This document shows positions 1 to 13,361 of a DNA stretch of 64,000 bases, piece by piece; within the stretch, counting starts at the first letter, position 1, and each line of letters begins with the position of its first letter. The notes beneath the pieces are model-generated. The model had not been told where the DNA came from. It saw only the letters and a list, made by a program, of their open reading frames with translations, and ran no database searches. The DNA is from Balanoglossus misakiensis (Eukaryota > Animalia > Hemichordata): assembly GCA_040954595.2 (NCBI GenBank), contig CM082576.2, positions 5,740,760 through 5,804,759 on the forward strand, in the 5' to 3' direction. A program made the position numbers and the translations under genes.

Positions 1-488
1 CTGTTTATCAGTTGTGGTTTTCAGGAGCATATAAACAAGACCTGACTTGATTTTAGATTTAAATGATTTTGATGTCATGAATATCAGTTCAACTATTCAA
101 AAACTTGCTGCTTAGATTTCTTGATAAGATAACACAGATTTGTAAACTTATTTATGTAGAAAGTTATTAATGACATAGACTGAGTTATACTTACACACAG
201 TCCCTTCATTGTAGTTGAGAGACTGATTTATGAATCGACACAGAATGATAAAGTTTGACATGTTAAAATATTTACGAAGAAAGTAGCTTGTTGCTGATAT
301 TACAATCTCTTTTCAAAATAAATATATTCTTCCAACGTGATATAGTTCATCAGAAAACATTTAGCCATTCCTATTATAACACTTAAGCCAATTATAAACT
401 CAACGTAGTTTGTATTGTGTTACATGTTAGTAGTAAATTTGCAAAGTACTGAGACGTTTATGTTGTCCTGTAATTTTTCCCACCCTAG

Positions 489-1641
489 GTAATGTTTCAC
501 AGCATGATGATCTACCATTGCCTGCTGGATGGTCAGTAGCCAGTACTGTCAACGGCAAAAAATTTTATGTTGAGTAAGTATACTAAGACAAATAGTTGCT
601 TAAAAGTTATAGACCGAGTATATCAACTCAGTCTATTTCTTTTTGGAACACTGAGTTACACAGTCATCCAGTCAACTTGTGTATATTCTATTTGATATAA
701 CATATTGACTTGACACTTTTTTGTCACAGTCACAACACCAAAACAACTCACTGGAATCATCCATTGGAAAGAGAAGGCCTTCCTCCGGGCTGGGAGAAAG
801 TGGAAACTCCAGAACATGGTGTTTATTATGTCAAGTGAGTACTGATTCCTTTCATGTCTGTACATGCTGAAATATTAATTTTCTAACAGGTATTGATAGA
901 AAATACGTATGTCACCATATTTGTATTCCTTCCTTTAATTTGCGTTGTTCACGATTTCAACATCTACACTCTCTGCTTGCAGCCACATGGCAAGGAAAGC
1001 TCAGTACAGACATCCCAATGCATCCAACCTGACCAGGTTCAATCCTTCCCATGCCCCCCTGGGTGGCAGCAATCCAGAACTACCACTGCCGTTACCACCG
1101 CCACCACACTACCGGTACCAGGGACAGAGTAGTGAACACAATGCGACAGAAGATACAGTCTGGGTTCCACCAAATCCCTATCTCTACACAGGTGAGTCCT
1201 GGACATTGTAATCTTTGAAGAAGAGAAGTCAGAAGCATTTGTTGTTTCACATAAAATTTGTTACCAATTGAAATGTCATGGCTAAGCAAACCAACTTTGG
1301 TTTCCCATTGTGTACACCCAGAGCTGCATTGTCTATTCCTGGGTGTTGGTTTATTCCATGTTCATTCTTCCTTCTTCCCCCCAGAAATTCCACACTGGTT
1401 GAAAGTGTTTGCCAAAGCCCCGTTTGAGCACGACCACAAGCTGAAGTGGGAATTATTCCGACTGCCGGAGCTTGACTGCTTCCAGAGTATGATGACGAGG
1501 CTTTACAAGGAAGAAGTGGAGGCTGTTGTCATGGAATATGAAGCATACAGATTGGCACTGTACAAAGAGATGGAGAAGAGACTCCGGCAGAAACAACAGC
1601 AAGAGCAAGCACTCCAGGACAACGTTGAAACCAAAGTATAA
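489..1641 (+). CDS. SAV1: Salvador homolog (Hippo pathway scaffold), 3' exons only: 489-573, 730-834, 983-1191, 1385-1641; 5' part lies outside the window
   Basis: GT-AG spliced translation gives WW1 ([33 protein letters not shown]), atypical WW2 ([31 protein letters not shown]), VPPNPY-EIPHWL and a C-terminal SARAH helix (KLKWELFRLPELDCFQSMMTRLYKEEVEAVVMEYEAYRLAL); exon phases are consistent. Confidence 0.95.
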
Positions 1642-4600
1642 AAACAATGATGTATTGCCTTCCAAAGATGTAAAAAATATTACAAAATTTCAAGTGTGCA
1701 GATATTGTTTCCTGTTATTGCAAGGCACCATTTAAGGAGCACAGTGTTGTTATATAGAAACTTTACTTATGTAAGACTGCAAGGTGGGTCAGTTGAAATG
1801 ACCTTGTGTGTGTTAATGATATTTGAAAATGATCTTATGCATGATAATTCCCTTCAATTTTCCTTTCATTAATATTAGAAAATTGTATGTTATAATATGT
1901 CGAGAAAGCTTTGGTTTTTACTTACAGTTTGTTTCCTTGGCAACAAACAAACGTTAAAGACAAAACAGTAAAGAATTCTATAGAGTATTTAAAGTTTATA
2001 AATACTAAATCTCTAAGTTCAGAAGTTTTATCTGCCATATTTTTTTCTGCAAGCAGTAATTATCTTATAACAGCTGTGAATGTCTGCCAGTAGAATTCAT
2101 ATAAAATTTTAGTCTATTGATCGTGACGTTTGGAATTGTTAAAAAAATAATGAATGCAGTCTTCTGTTTAGAAGTACATGTTTTGATATCATTCATCTGT
2201 AATATGCATGTGTGTGTATGCAAATTTAAATGTCAAACAGAACGTAGGGAGACTGATTTATTTACTGCATGTCATAATTATCAGCTGCAGCTGTTGTTCG
2301 CTTTACCTTCTTTTTCTAAAAATTGTGTCACTTTGTGATAAACATGCATTATGGATCAGGGCAACAGTGTTTACTTCTGTTTAACCCTTTCACCACCATG
2401 GTTTGGTCCAAAACCATTTTTACGACAAAGTTGGACCTCTATAGAAGGAAACTGAATGATACTATATTAATTTAAAATCAGCAATCGTTTGTTAAATTGG
2501 AGAAATCACCTACATGCTGAACATTCATGTGTATTTTTGTTGTGGAGAAGATAAATACAACTCCTTCCTGAAAACTCTAAAGAGTACACCTTTCAACTAT
2601 TCCTTTGATATCAGTGCAATATTGAGCTCAAAGTGCCAGTTTAAAAGAACTTGCCACGTGTCTGATGTTTTTCTTTGAGATTCAATTTTCAGTCTTTTTT
2701 GACAAGAATTATGTGTGCATTTGAAGGAATTTTTCTGATCATTCTTTCTGTGTTTTTTTTTTGTCTCACACATAACCGAAAATTTAGCAAATAAGCTCAG
2801 TGTGGCATGTCTCCAATGCAAGAATATTATCCATACTTCATGTAAAGGTACTGGGCTGATGATTTTAAAAACTATCCTTCTTAGAGAGGGGTCCTGTTAG
2901 ATTGTGCAGGAAAGCTGGAAGGCATACAGTAATCTGTACATTCAGAACTTCGGGAGACAACTTGAGTTTGAATTCCATCTTTGTGTGATGTTTTGTCTTC
3001 CTTCATGCTTTGCAGATAAACAAATTGCTTTACATGGACAGTGAAATATTATCAGCAATATTTAAAGAAAAATATGGACTGCTGCAATCTTTTGTACCTC
3101 CTTGCAAATTTCTAATTGGTTGGTTAGTCTTTCAGCTAACATTTTTACTCCTTAGGCCAGACAGCATTAAAAATTGTTCTTCAGAAGTACTGCCTTTACA
3201 AAGAAACTTGTAGCAAATGGAAATTATATTTGCTTCCATCATGTCAATTAGTAAGCATTAATCATCATACAATTATACAATTTATTGGAAAAGTAGAGAA
3301 AATAACAAAAGTCTTTACTTGTGGCATATGTTGGTGTGTAGAAAAAAATCCAAGGAGCATCCCCGCAGAAATGACTGAATGTGAATCTTGTTTGAGTGTT
3401 ATTTGCTGCAAAATGTTGACGTACTGATTTTCTTTAATGTATGAATTATGTGTACATACAGTGTCGTGCATGTGAAAGTTATTTTTTTCATTGTGTTGTT
3501 GGCTGAGTCCTGACATGGCACAGCCCACATCCAGTGGTTTCTCTGTCGGTCGAATTAAAATCAGACTTTTGGATTACGGTAACCTTATTTGAACGGGGTG
3601 TGTGTTTGTTTCTGTAACTGTGACTGCCAGTAATATTGTGGGGTGTGCCCCAAATATGGCTGTCAATGTAAAACCTTCATGTGAAGTGGGACAAGTTCTG
3701 CACTGTACTGCGAGACCTCTGCCATCTTTCCTGATAGAGGGCGCTCTGTCTGAAATGTAGTTCGTTACTGCTGTGTTAATTGCAAACTACATTTTGTAAG
3801 CAAATATTGAAGACCAATTATCAATAGTCAGCGATGCAACCAAGGCAACAGAACAAATTATGTGAGAATGGTCAATGCTATAATATTTCTCCGTGTAAGG
3901 ACAGCATGGTGAATAAAACGTCTATGTACAACAGAAATAAATTCCTCAACAGTAAAAGTGGAATACAGCTTTATTTTGCTCACTGAATTTATCATAAATA
4001 TATAAACACTATACATGACATCATACACAATTTTCACAAATCCATTATTGCTCTCATAAAACAGCAAAATCAACTCTTGCTTCAGAAGCAGCAGTTGGGT
4101 TGATTTGGTTTAAATCAAGTGTATCTGTACATTGCTTTAGTGACATACATGTAGAAAAATATTCATTCTCAATGAAAAACTGTATTTAAAAAAAATGTAC
4201 AAAACGAATCTTGTAACCTGTGAAACATGATTTCCATTCAGTTTTATCTCCACAAAAGAGACGATAAGTTGATAAAAATAATAAAATCTTGCCATTGTTG
4301 AATTCTTTGGTACATAATACTTATATTCTTTCAACTTCTGTTGTAATACATTAGGTTTATTGTTGTCATTCTGTAAAACTTAAGATGGTCTTCTGACCAT
4401 TTTGAGTTGATTTGTGCCCCTCTATTCAAATCAAATTGATTCTAGTGAAAGTGATGAATGCCACTAAAGAGGTGTGTACCTGTATACTAAATGACTAATT
4501 CTCACTATTTTCCAAGGTGAAAATGCCTTTGAATGGGAATTAAATTAAGCAAAGGAGCAAACCCATCTATGAAAAAGTACATCACAAAATTTACATATAC

Positions 4601-4949
4601 CGGTACATGTGACAGATGCAAAATATGTACAAGTGGGTACTGCTTGTTGACTTGGCAATACTGAATATTTTGTTATTCATTAATACACCAAGATATTAAA
4701 ATAGAGTCACTGATGCTAATATGCAAGTGTCATATTGGAACAAAATCCAATGTGTTGGGTCATGGAATCTACTGTGTTTCTCGTCATGGCCAGATTGTGA
4801 GTCCATCTCTTTAAATGGTAGAGATGAACGATTTTTAATATCAGTTACATCTAGTGGTATCCAGTACATTGCTTTGTAGTACACCTGGTGGTACTTATCT
4901 GTCCCTTTAATAGCAATGTGGTTGATGCGCTTAATTGTTATTTGAAGGT

Positions 4950-7900
4950 TTATTTTCTACGAGTTCTGCCTGTCGCACCTGGCAACACATGTCCGTCTCT
5001 TAGCGACGCTGTGGGTGTGCTTGTTGGTGATAAATGCGCCATTCTTTCAACTCCAACTCTCTCAACGAAGTAGTTCTGTATTAATGTCAGTTTGCCTTCT
5101 GTTGCAAGAGTCTCCAGTGGCGGGTCATGTTTTTTGTGACATCTTTCTGCTAGATTGTCCACCGCCATTAAAATTGTACCCAGTGTCTGGCTCTGCAGGA
5201 CAGAAATAAAGAAATGTCAGATACATGACACAGTCAGTTGGAATAATTTTAACATTGGCATGATATATATTTCTGTAAATAAATTAGGAATCCAACAAAA
5301 GCTGCAGCAATCAAACAAAAGGAAAATAGAAGTAATGAATTTCCTGAGTGCATACAAAATGATAATGGCATCTCTTACAAAAGCAATTACATTTTACAAA
5401 TCACATGAATACTGCAATATGTTTGTGTCCATGGCAACCGACCACTCGTGATTTGTTTAAATTGCAGACCTACAATAATATCTGCTCTTTTCTAGCGTGG
5501 AATCACAAGTAATGAGAAAATAAATGAGATAAATAAGAAGCAATTTCAGTGATGCGGCAATGTGCGCAATGTTTGGTTGAATACGTTTTCATACAAGACA
5601 AGGTCAACCATTCTACTTGAATAAATCCATTCTTTTTTTACTGAAAGCAATGAATAAGCTTTGGAGCACATCTTAAAAACCTGCTAAGAATTACAGGATT
5701 TGCAAAAGGCAAAATACCAGTCAATGATATGAACATTTCATGATTCCCATTTTGGTTTCACGTCAATAATTTGAAACAATACCTTAAATATATTTTATGA
5801 GATTTTTTTTACTCTACACACCAAGTGTCACAGCCAAAGATTTATTTGTCACAAAGAACCTCACAGTAACAGCATGAGAGTATGATTCATTCAATGTAAC
5901 CAATACCATTGTGCCAGTAATTGCCCCATTGATTTTGCAATGAGACAACCTCACAAATGCTACATTGACCCACAGTCAATATAGGTCTAGTAATTGACTC
6001 AACACATTCGCAGGGGAAATTCATGCATTTTTATTCATGATATAATGGTGAATGGAAACCTCAATTGTGATGAGTTATTGGATTATTTTCTTAAGCTCTC
6101 AATAGCTGTCATTCACTTTGCTTCCATTAAAATGTTGCCAATGAGTTTAATAGCAACAGAATTATTTTCTTCAGGGCAAATCAATACAAAGCATACAATA
6201 CTTCTATCGGAAATCTCTTCAAGCAATTATTTCCTCAAAGTGATGCACATAATACATTGACAAAAAATGGAAAATCTGTGATTGAAAATAATGTATATAC
6301 ATTATACACTGAAGCTGTTACTTTGATGCAACTTTTCCTTTTTGAATACTTTTTGATATTTACTTTTAACTGCTGTTCATTTTTTCCCTCTTATTAGGAA
6401 ATGCAGTTTATCCTCAAAAGCATTGTGCTTCTGAAGGTCCATTCATCTGTGGTAATAACCCTAATTACAAACATGTACAAAAATGGAATGCATTTACCTG
6501 AACTCTGTAGTTGTGTCTGTCATTCATCAGAACTTCTTCTAAATGTGTGTTTGTGTCAACTCTTTCCTCTTGTATGCCTTGTAGCTCTGCTAATTTTGCA
6601 TTTATTACCTGAAAAAAAATGCACATCACGGATAAAGTCAGTTTTAAAAGGATGCAATGAAAACTATTACTTTGTCTATTGTCTGGGCGGTAAAGTGTAC
6701 TTCAAAATAAAGGTCTCATCCTTTTTTGATTCTTGGTGACCATGACAGTAAACTTTTTTCTATAGCTATAAAATATTCCTTATTTATAGCACATTGAACA
6801 GGCCAGTTTCTCACCAGTTTTCTTTGGTTGTGTCGGTATTTCGTATCTTCCAGCTTGTCCCTGGCCTTTTCCAGCTGATCATAAAGTTCATTAACCTTTT
6901 CAACCAGGGTTTGGTTGGTGAAACTTAGTGTCCGATGCCTGTCCATCAAACTGCGTAACATGGAATCATTCACTTCAAGGTAATCTGTATCAAACACAAG
7001 AAGACAAGTGCATTTTTTTTCAGAAAATGGCAAAAATCATGCTTGATCAGACTGTCATCAGATATTACTATTAAGATAAGCACACGGCAGTAAATTTATG
7101 AACTGCAAGGCATTTTTGCTTGACTGAAGGATAAAGCTATGCACTGTACTTGAGTTGTACAGTTGGTTAAAGAGGAACGACACCCACAATTTTGGGCTTC
7201 AAAGTCCAAACCGGGTGTCAAAAACGGCAACGTTCCGATGGGTTAATTCACTTTCACTTCCTGCGCAAGCAGAAGACGCGAGTTGAAAATACTACAGTGA
7301 CGTCAGCAACTTGCGTTGCAGTCGACGCGCAGGGCTCTTACACGTTCGACGTGTCATTTCCAATAAACAGACACATTTTGCGCGGATCTGACATGGCGAA
7401 ATGTCAAGTTCATGACTTTAAAAACATATTCGGAAAATCGACGGGGATAAGTTTCTTTCAAAGGCAATGCTCTACGTGTATTGTATTTGTCGATGCGTGC
7501 AGACATAGACCCTGCAATGTCCAAGATGCCATGCATGTCGACGTTTATGAACAAACCGTAAGGCCTATACAAAGTTGTTCTAACTGCCGCTGATAATAAT
7601 AAACGTACCGTTTTAAATCCTTCCTGCACGTTTTTTGGTACACGTATTTGGGTTTAATTTCCATTTATTGACGATCGCATAGTTATCAAATGAAAGCAAC
7701 TAAAAAGGGCAGTTTTAATACATTTCAAGAGACGAAACATGCATAGAATAACTATGGTATTGGCTTCCATTATACTACGGACGTACTACACCTGGAGAGC
7801 AGGACGATGCACCTTCGTTCTCTTCAACTCCATAAAAGGTGACAAAGTATTTTTGTAAGAAAAGTGGTTCGAAAAGGTGACAACGAGGGAGAGACAACAA

Positions 7901-10744
7901 GAGAGTTTCACCCATGGAGTGTCTATGGTTTCACTGAAACCACACCAAGTGTAAGCCTTGACAAACGGGACACATCGGAGATCAGAACTGCATGAACTTT
8001 TGTCCTCTGTAAAATTCAGTCGCTTGGTCGTAGAAGGGAATCTCTGGTTCAAAATTGTAGCCTACTACCCGAGAATATGTTGCCATGCTAACGTCGTCGG
8101 TCGCGTGAGTGCAGGCGTGTAGGCTCGCTCCAACGCGTCGGCAGCGGACAACAGTTGCTGACGTCACTCACTTCCGGGTTCGCGCAGTTTTTGGCTGGCT
8201 GTAGCTCTGTTATGCGTAAGTGAAAGTGAATGAAACCAACGTTTTTCATAGTACTTTTTAATCGCATTTCGCCGAATTGGCTCAAAAACGGATCACAACG
8301 TTCCACTTTAATGTCCAAATGATTGAGCCAAGTGAAGTTAATTATTTGTCGAGCGGTCAATATCTGACATTGCTGCTTGTAAAAATACCATTCGATACTT
8401 GATATCACTTGACTGAACTATACAAACCATGAAATGCCCAAAAATTGGCATGGAACAAAACTTGTGATACACAATTAGGAATATTTGTGACAATAGAGGA
8501 TGTGCCAACTTACTCTCTGGTAAGATATCCAGTACTTTCATCAAATAGTCTTCATATATCTTGTACCTTTGAAGTTTGTCGAGTAACTTTTGATGTCTGT
8601 AAGAATGATCAGCAATTAAAGAATTTAACTGCAGCATAACAGGTCACATGACAGATTAAAATCTGTCAATCAAGAGCATAATCTTTCTATCAAAGCAGTA
8701 TACCCATATCACAATGCTATCATGTCAAGAGCTCCATATCAACACAAGGTTTTACGGTCAGATTAATGCCCTAATGGTATCCACCTAAAAGAATGATATC
8801 CCTAAACCTTTCTTGTAACTCTAAGACCCTTTACTAGCAACTATATAGTGTCAGTGGTTATTAGCCTGGCAATGTAACATCAGCAATAAGCAAGAAGGAT
8901 AATTGACACTTGCTTTGTGACAATACTCCACCAGCTAGAACACAAGCCAATCTGGACATCTCTAGTCAAAACAAAATTCCAAACAGTCGTAAAAAGCAAC
9001 CACAGAAAAAAAAGAACTTTCTACTCACCTGATTTTCAATTCCTCTAGTTGATGTACTAACATTTCATGTTCAGAAGTCTTTTGTTCTTTTAGTTTCAGC
9101 TCGGTTTGGTATTTCTGGATTGCTCGTTTCCTCTTTGCTTCATTTTCATTGATGAATTTATCAAATTTTGTCACTCTTTCATTCATCTGAAATCAAGTAT
9201 GACACGCCATACATATCTCAATAAAAAGTAACAGTGTAGCTGAACTAATCCTCAAAAATGTTAAAAATAGTAATTTATATAGTTTAAGCACTATTTTTCA
9301 CAAAGTTTCCAGACAAGACAAACAGGAACAGTCAACCTCTAAATTATCATTTTTCCCCTCTGCATCATTATTTATTGACAATGATTTATTTTTTCTATTC
9401 TGATTTTTCTATTCTGATTTTCTTCCTCACCCTTTGTTGCTTCTTCTGCAGTGCCAATCTCTCCTTGTCACATTCTGCCATTCGTCTCTGAAACTCTGCT
9501 CTCTTGGCTTGCAATTCCAAATTAGCTTTCTCCACCTCCACTTCTCTCTTTAGCAGAAGAGTCTTTTGCATGGTATTCAACCCTGTCTCGATCAGCTTAC
9601 CCGCAGTCTGTAATCCAAGAAAGTGCAAATACAATTAACATTTCACAGTTAAGTTTATTATGCAAATATGGCACCCATGGAGAGATGGTGAATTTTAAGT
9701 CATTAAAAGGCTTACACATATGTATATTTACAGAATTGATTTGTAAAGATCTGTGTTTACACACTGAATGTCTACACCAGGTTGTGTGTATAGGCTCTGC
9801 TCTAAAACCAGAGATTCTGAATGCCACGTATACTACAGATACTTTAGGCATTTACCTGCCATCCAAGAAATGTTTGGTTAACTTCTAGTCTTAAAAATAC
9901 ATCAGAAAATTTTTGTGTGCATTTTCTGGCTAGTAGTAGAATTATACCATTACTGCCTATTTTAGTGAAATGTTGAATGATTTTTAAAGAAGAATCTTGA
10001 TCTAAAACGTGTTGTAGACACTGAAACTATATATCAATGCTCACCTCTTTGACCACAGGGTATCTGCGAACATCTTCTTCTTCTTCATCTCTGCATGACA
10101 AAGACGGAACGAATAAAGGTATTCATTTAATAAGATAAAGATAACGGAATTAGTTTCAATCAAAAACGTTTTAAGGACAGTGGGTGGGGTGGGGTGGGGA
10201 CAAATACTCACTGCACTCAAGAACTGGACAAGTTGTGCTTATGTTTTCTTGCATTGTTATAAAATGCTTAACGGCCCTGCTTAGACATTGTTTTTCATAG
10301 ATATTTCAACCCTTTCACCTTTACTTATAAAAGAGAATGTATGTGCAGATTTAATATTTAATAGGCCTACATTCTCGTTGAGGTTGAAAAAAAAACCCTA
10401 CCACCTCCTTCTTGCTCAACCCTGATATATTTCTCCCGAGTTCACCCCTATATGTTACAATACACATTGCTACTTTTTTTGCTATATCGGCATGATAAGG
10501 TCGGGTAGATAGTGTTGTTTTGGAAAGGTCACGTATTAAACAGGAATATTTTTACTTCCTGGCAACCCTACAAGCGCGAGTCTACGAAGGCCTATCGTTG
10601 TTAGCGGCGGAGTACATGGATTCCACTCGTAGCAGACAGATTGTAACATTGTACTTACTGTCTGTCTCCAAGCTGAGTCACGAAGACGTTGTGTTTTTGC
10701 TCATCAAGCTCCAGTCTGTAAGATCCTGAAGCCATTGTTGTCAT
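4950..10744 (-). CDS. CCDC42/CFAP73-family (DUF4200) coiled-coil protein, 8 coding exons (approx. 10744-10659, 10090-10045, 9607-9431, 9186-9030, 8596-8514, 6984-6816, 6608-6498, 5192-4950)
   Basis: Spliced peptide YRLELDEQKHNVFVTQL..TLLLKREVEVEKANLELQAKRAEF..KFDKFINENEAKRKRAIQK..KIYEDYLMKVLDILPE..GTILMAVDNLAERC matches my recollection of the DUF4200 family; canonical splice sites; exact paralog (CCDC42, CFAP73 or CCDC197) not resolvable. Confidence 0.8.
7171..8307. mobile_element. Non-autonomous, internally deleted Kolobok-like DNA transposon in an intron of the DUF4200 gene
   Basis: TTAA on both sides (7167-7170, 8308-8311); termini AGAGGAACG...CGTTCCACT (RR..YY, imperfect TIR); exact subterminal inverted blocks at 7246-7259/8218-8231 and 7296-7311/8153-8168; CpG-rich compared with the host; THAP-like N-terminal remnant MAKCQVHDFKNIFGKSTGISFFQ (+, from 7393) and a convergent remnant MATYSRVVGYNFEPE (-, from 8086). 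Confidence 0.75.
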
Positions 10745-12515
10745 ATTTGAAGTCTCCGATGTCGGTAAGATTTTTCGAATTCCCTTAAAGTTTAAGCTGT
10801 GCTCGATCCAACGTCGAGGCCCATAACAATCACCACATACAAATGTGCTTAAGTTATGCAAATGAGTGTGTACGGGTACGCTATATGAGCGCCACCATGG
10901 TGACCGATGGGGTCACGTGATTGGCTAATGGGACAATTAAGTGGTGAAGTTGACATCTGCTGTATGCTGATGGTTGATGTAATGATAACGCGACCCTGCA
11001 AAAGCTGCAGAAGGCTGTAGTGCTCACTGTTGGCGCAAATAGTGTGACGAGACACTGTAAACAGCTCAACTGTGACTTCCACCATAAAACATTTCGTTGA
11101 ATTTGTAGAAGTTTGGGTATATATTCCCCCTCCCCCATATCTGTTTGTATGTATTCTGAACATTCTTCTACACAGAATACATTTGTAATTCATTGAGTTT
11201 GGTTTCAGGACAGCCATCTGCATATCTGTAGTACCATTTGGATTTGAGGACACACATAAACGCACACAGCAGATCAATTGAGAAAATAGGAGACACCATT
11301 GTGCATACCCCATTCTCAAGATGAACGATATTGAAAAGGTATGGAGAAAAGGAGACAGAAAATTTGAGGAAATATTGATGCTCTTTTATTACTCAAAACT
11401 ATCAAAATATTTTTCCCCCACAATATTGTCACTCATATTTGATATTTGCAAATGTACCAGCAAATATAAGCACTGTGCTGGATGTAGACTGTGTAATGTT
11501 ATTACACCAATGACATGTTCTACCACAGTCCAGATCTACTGCTCGATTCACATGCAATACTCTGTCATACAAAACAGTATCCATGGCAACCTTTTATTAG
11601 TTGGCAGTTAAAAGTACAAATTTCCATTTGATCAGTTGGTGACCTCTTTGCCACTGTAGTCACCCTTCAATGATAAACACACCTTGAACTTTCACGGTCA
11701 AGGTCAACATATGCACAACTGAACAATTTTTTTTGCAGTTTTTATGAATTTCCAAAATTACCTTTCTTCTTATACATTATAACACTGTAAAAAATACCAA
11801 AATTATCTTACAGGTTTCCTTTTATCAGCTAAAAATCCTGACAAATATTCACATCTGCTGATGACATCCAATGCACAAGTTCAATGGCAAAAAAACACTA
11901 GCCATGTATTCTTTCAATAAAAATATACAATTCTTTTTCTTTACAGGTGATGTGAATACATTTGTACAAGTGTAACTCTAGTAAATCAAAAGCAAAATGC
12001 TGAAATGTGACTGCCCCTACTTATGATTTTACAACTGTATGGACAAACATTCCAAGGCAAAAGCTGAAACTGTTTTCAACTGTCAACTCAAATTGTATAT
12101 TTGATAAATTGAGGGCAGTATAAACAAGTTGTGCCAAATGATAAGATGTAAAGTATGATAAGTTAAGTATTGCATTTTATGCAGGGTTGCAGCATTTAAT
12201 TCGATTTTCTACACAAATACACAGTTTGCCTGAAGAGGATTTGTGAAATCTTATTTCAAAATCTTATTTCATGACAGTCTTTCACTGGATTTAAACTCAT
12301 TTCTGCATTATCTCCTGTCAAGAATGGTATCTATCAACACAAGGGCATATACAATGTAATTCCCAAGCCAGATTGATGAATCACAGGCAAACATCGCAAT
12401 CTTTGGCAGTGTGTCTCATCAGAGTTTGGTCACTTCAGCTGCACAGACCTAGGCCCACAATTCAGGTCCTACATTGCCACCCATTCACTAGCAGTTTATA
12501 CTTGATCTCAAATCC

Positions 12516-12971
12516 TCACGCAAGGAACTCGATTGGTGTGTAGATCTCGGCCACTTCCTCAGCAAGCTCTTGAATTCCTGAAAGCAATGAAATCACTTAA
12601 TATTATACCAATGCACCCAATTTTCTGCTTGTCAACAAGTCATGTGTATGATGTGTGGACAGACAATTCGGGCTGTGAATAAGTTGTTGTCATTCCCCCT
12701 GTGATATACAAGTGTGCAAGTGAGTAAATAAATAAATTAGATCGGGACATTTTCACTCACTTTGTTTGCGCTCTCTTTTCCTTTTCTCCAGCAAATTGAG
12801 TTTCTCAGCTTCTGACATGTTTTCCACTTCTGCAGCAGGAAGAACGGTTTTGTTGTCTGTGTGGGTACCAAATTTCCACTGCGCAAACAATATGCCAAGC
12901 GTGGTCCAAACACCGAAAGCGTACACAAACGACGCTCTCCGAGCCCAAATTAGTCTTGCTGCGGGTTTCAT
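12516..12971 (-). CDS. SMIM26: Small integral membrane protein 26-like, 2 exons (12971-12761, approx. 12577-12516)
   Basis: gccATG start; N-terminus WARRASFVYAFGVWTTLGILF resembles the SMIM26 W-x-RR-x-S-x-VY-x-x-G-x-W-x-x-LG single-TM signature; a phase-1 GT-AG intron joins to RIQELAEEVAEIYTPIEFLA*. Confidence 0.65.
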
Positions 12972-13361
12972 GGCTAGTGTCAGTGGTGATATCTCAAACC
13001 GAGAAACAAATATGTGAATATTCTAGTCTATATTGCAGAGACAAATCTGCATCATGACTGCGTTTATGTATTTCGCGCAGAACAACCACAGCACTGACCT
13101 TTCACTGCATGCACTGCTTGATGACCTAAACTTCACCTGCACAGCGCCCTGAACGTTGTACCACGGAAGGCCTTTGTTGCAACACTAAATTTGATTGGCA
13201 GAACTCCAAAGTATCCATAAAATAGACCTATCAAAACCATCGACACTTTAGTAACATGTAGGTCAGACATCATTCATGTCATTTGAGGTCATCTTGTTCG
13301 CGCCATATTCAATACATATGATACAACAACATACACAAGCCATCAAGCAGCTGCTGGAATC
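12972..13361. promoter_or_regulatory. Putative bidirectional promoter between SMIM26-like (-) and RNASEH2C (+)
   Basis: Divergent ATGs are only ~390 bp apart; ETS-like CGGAAG near 13165 and YY1-like CGCCATATT near 13300. Confidence 0.55.

Noticed and set aside
7354-7629. 91-aa minus-strand ORF and the 133-aa plus-strand ORF 7192-7593 as intact genes
   Set aside because: They lie inside the deleted transposon; only a short THAP-like stub is recognisable and there is no catalytic domain
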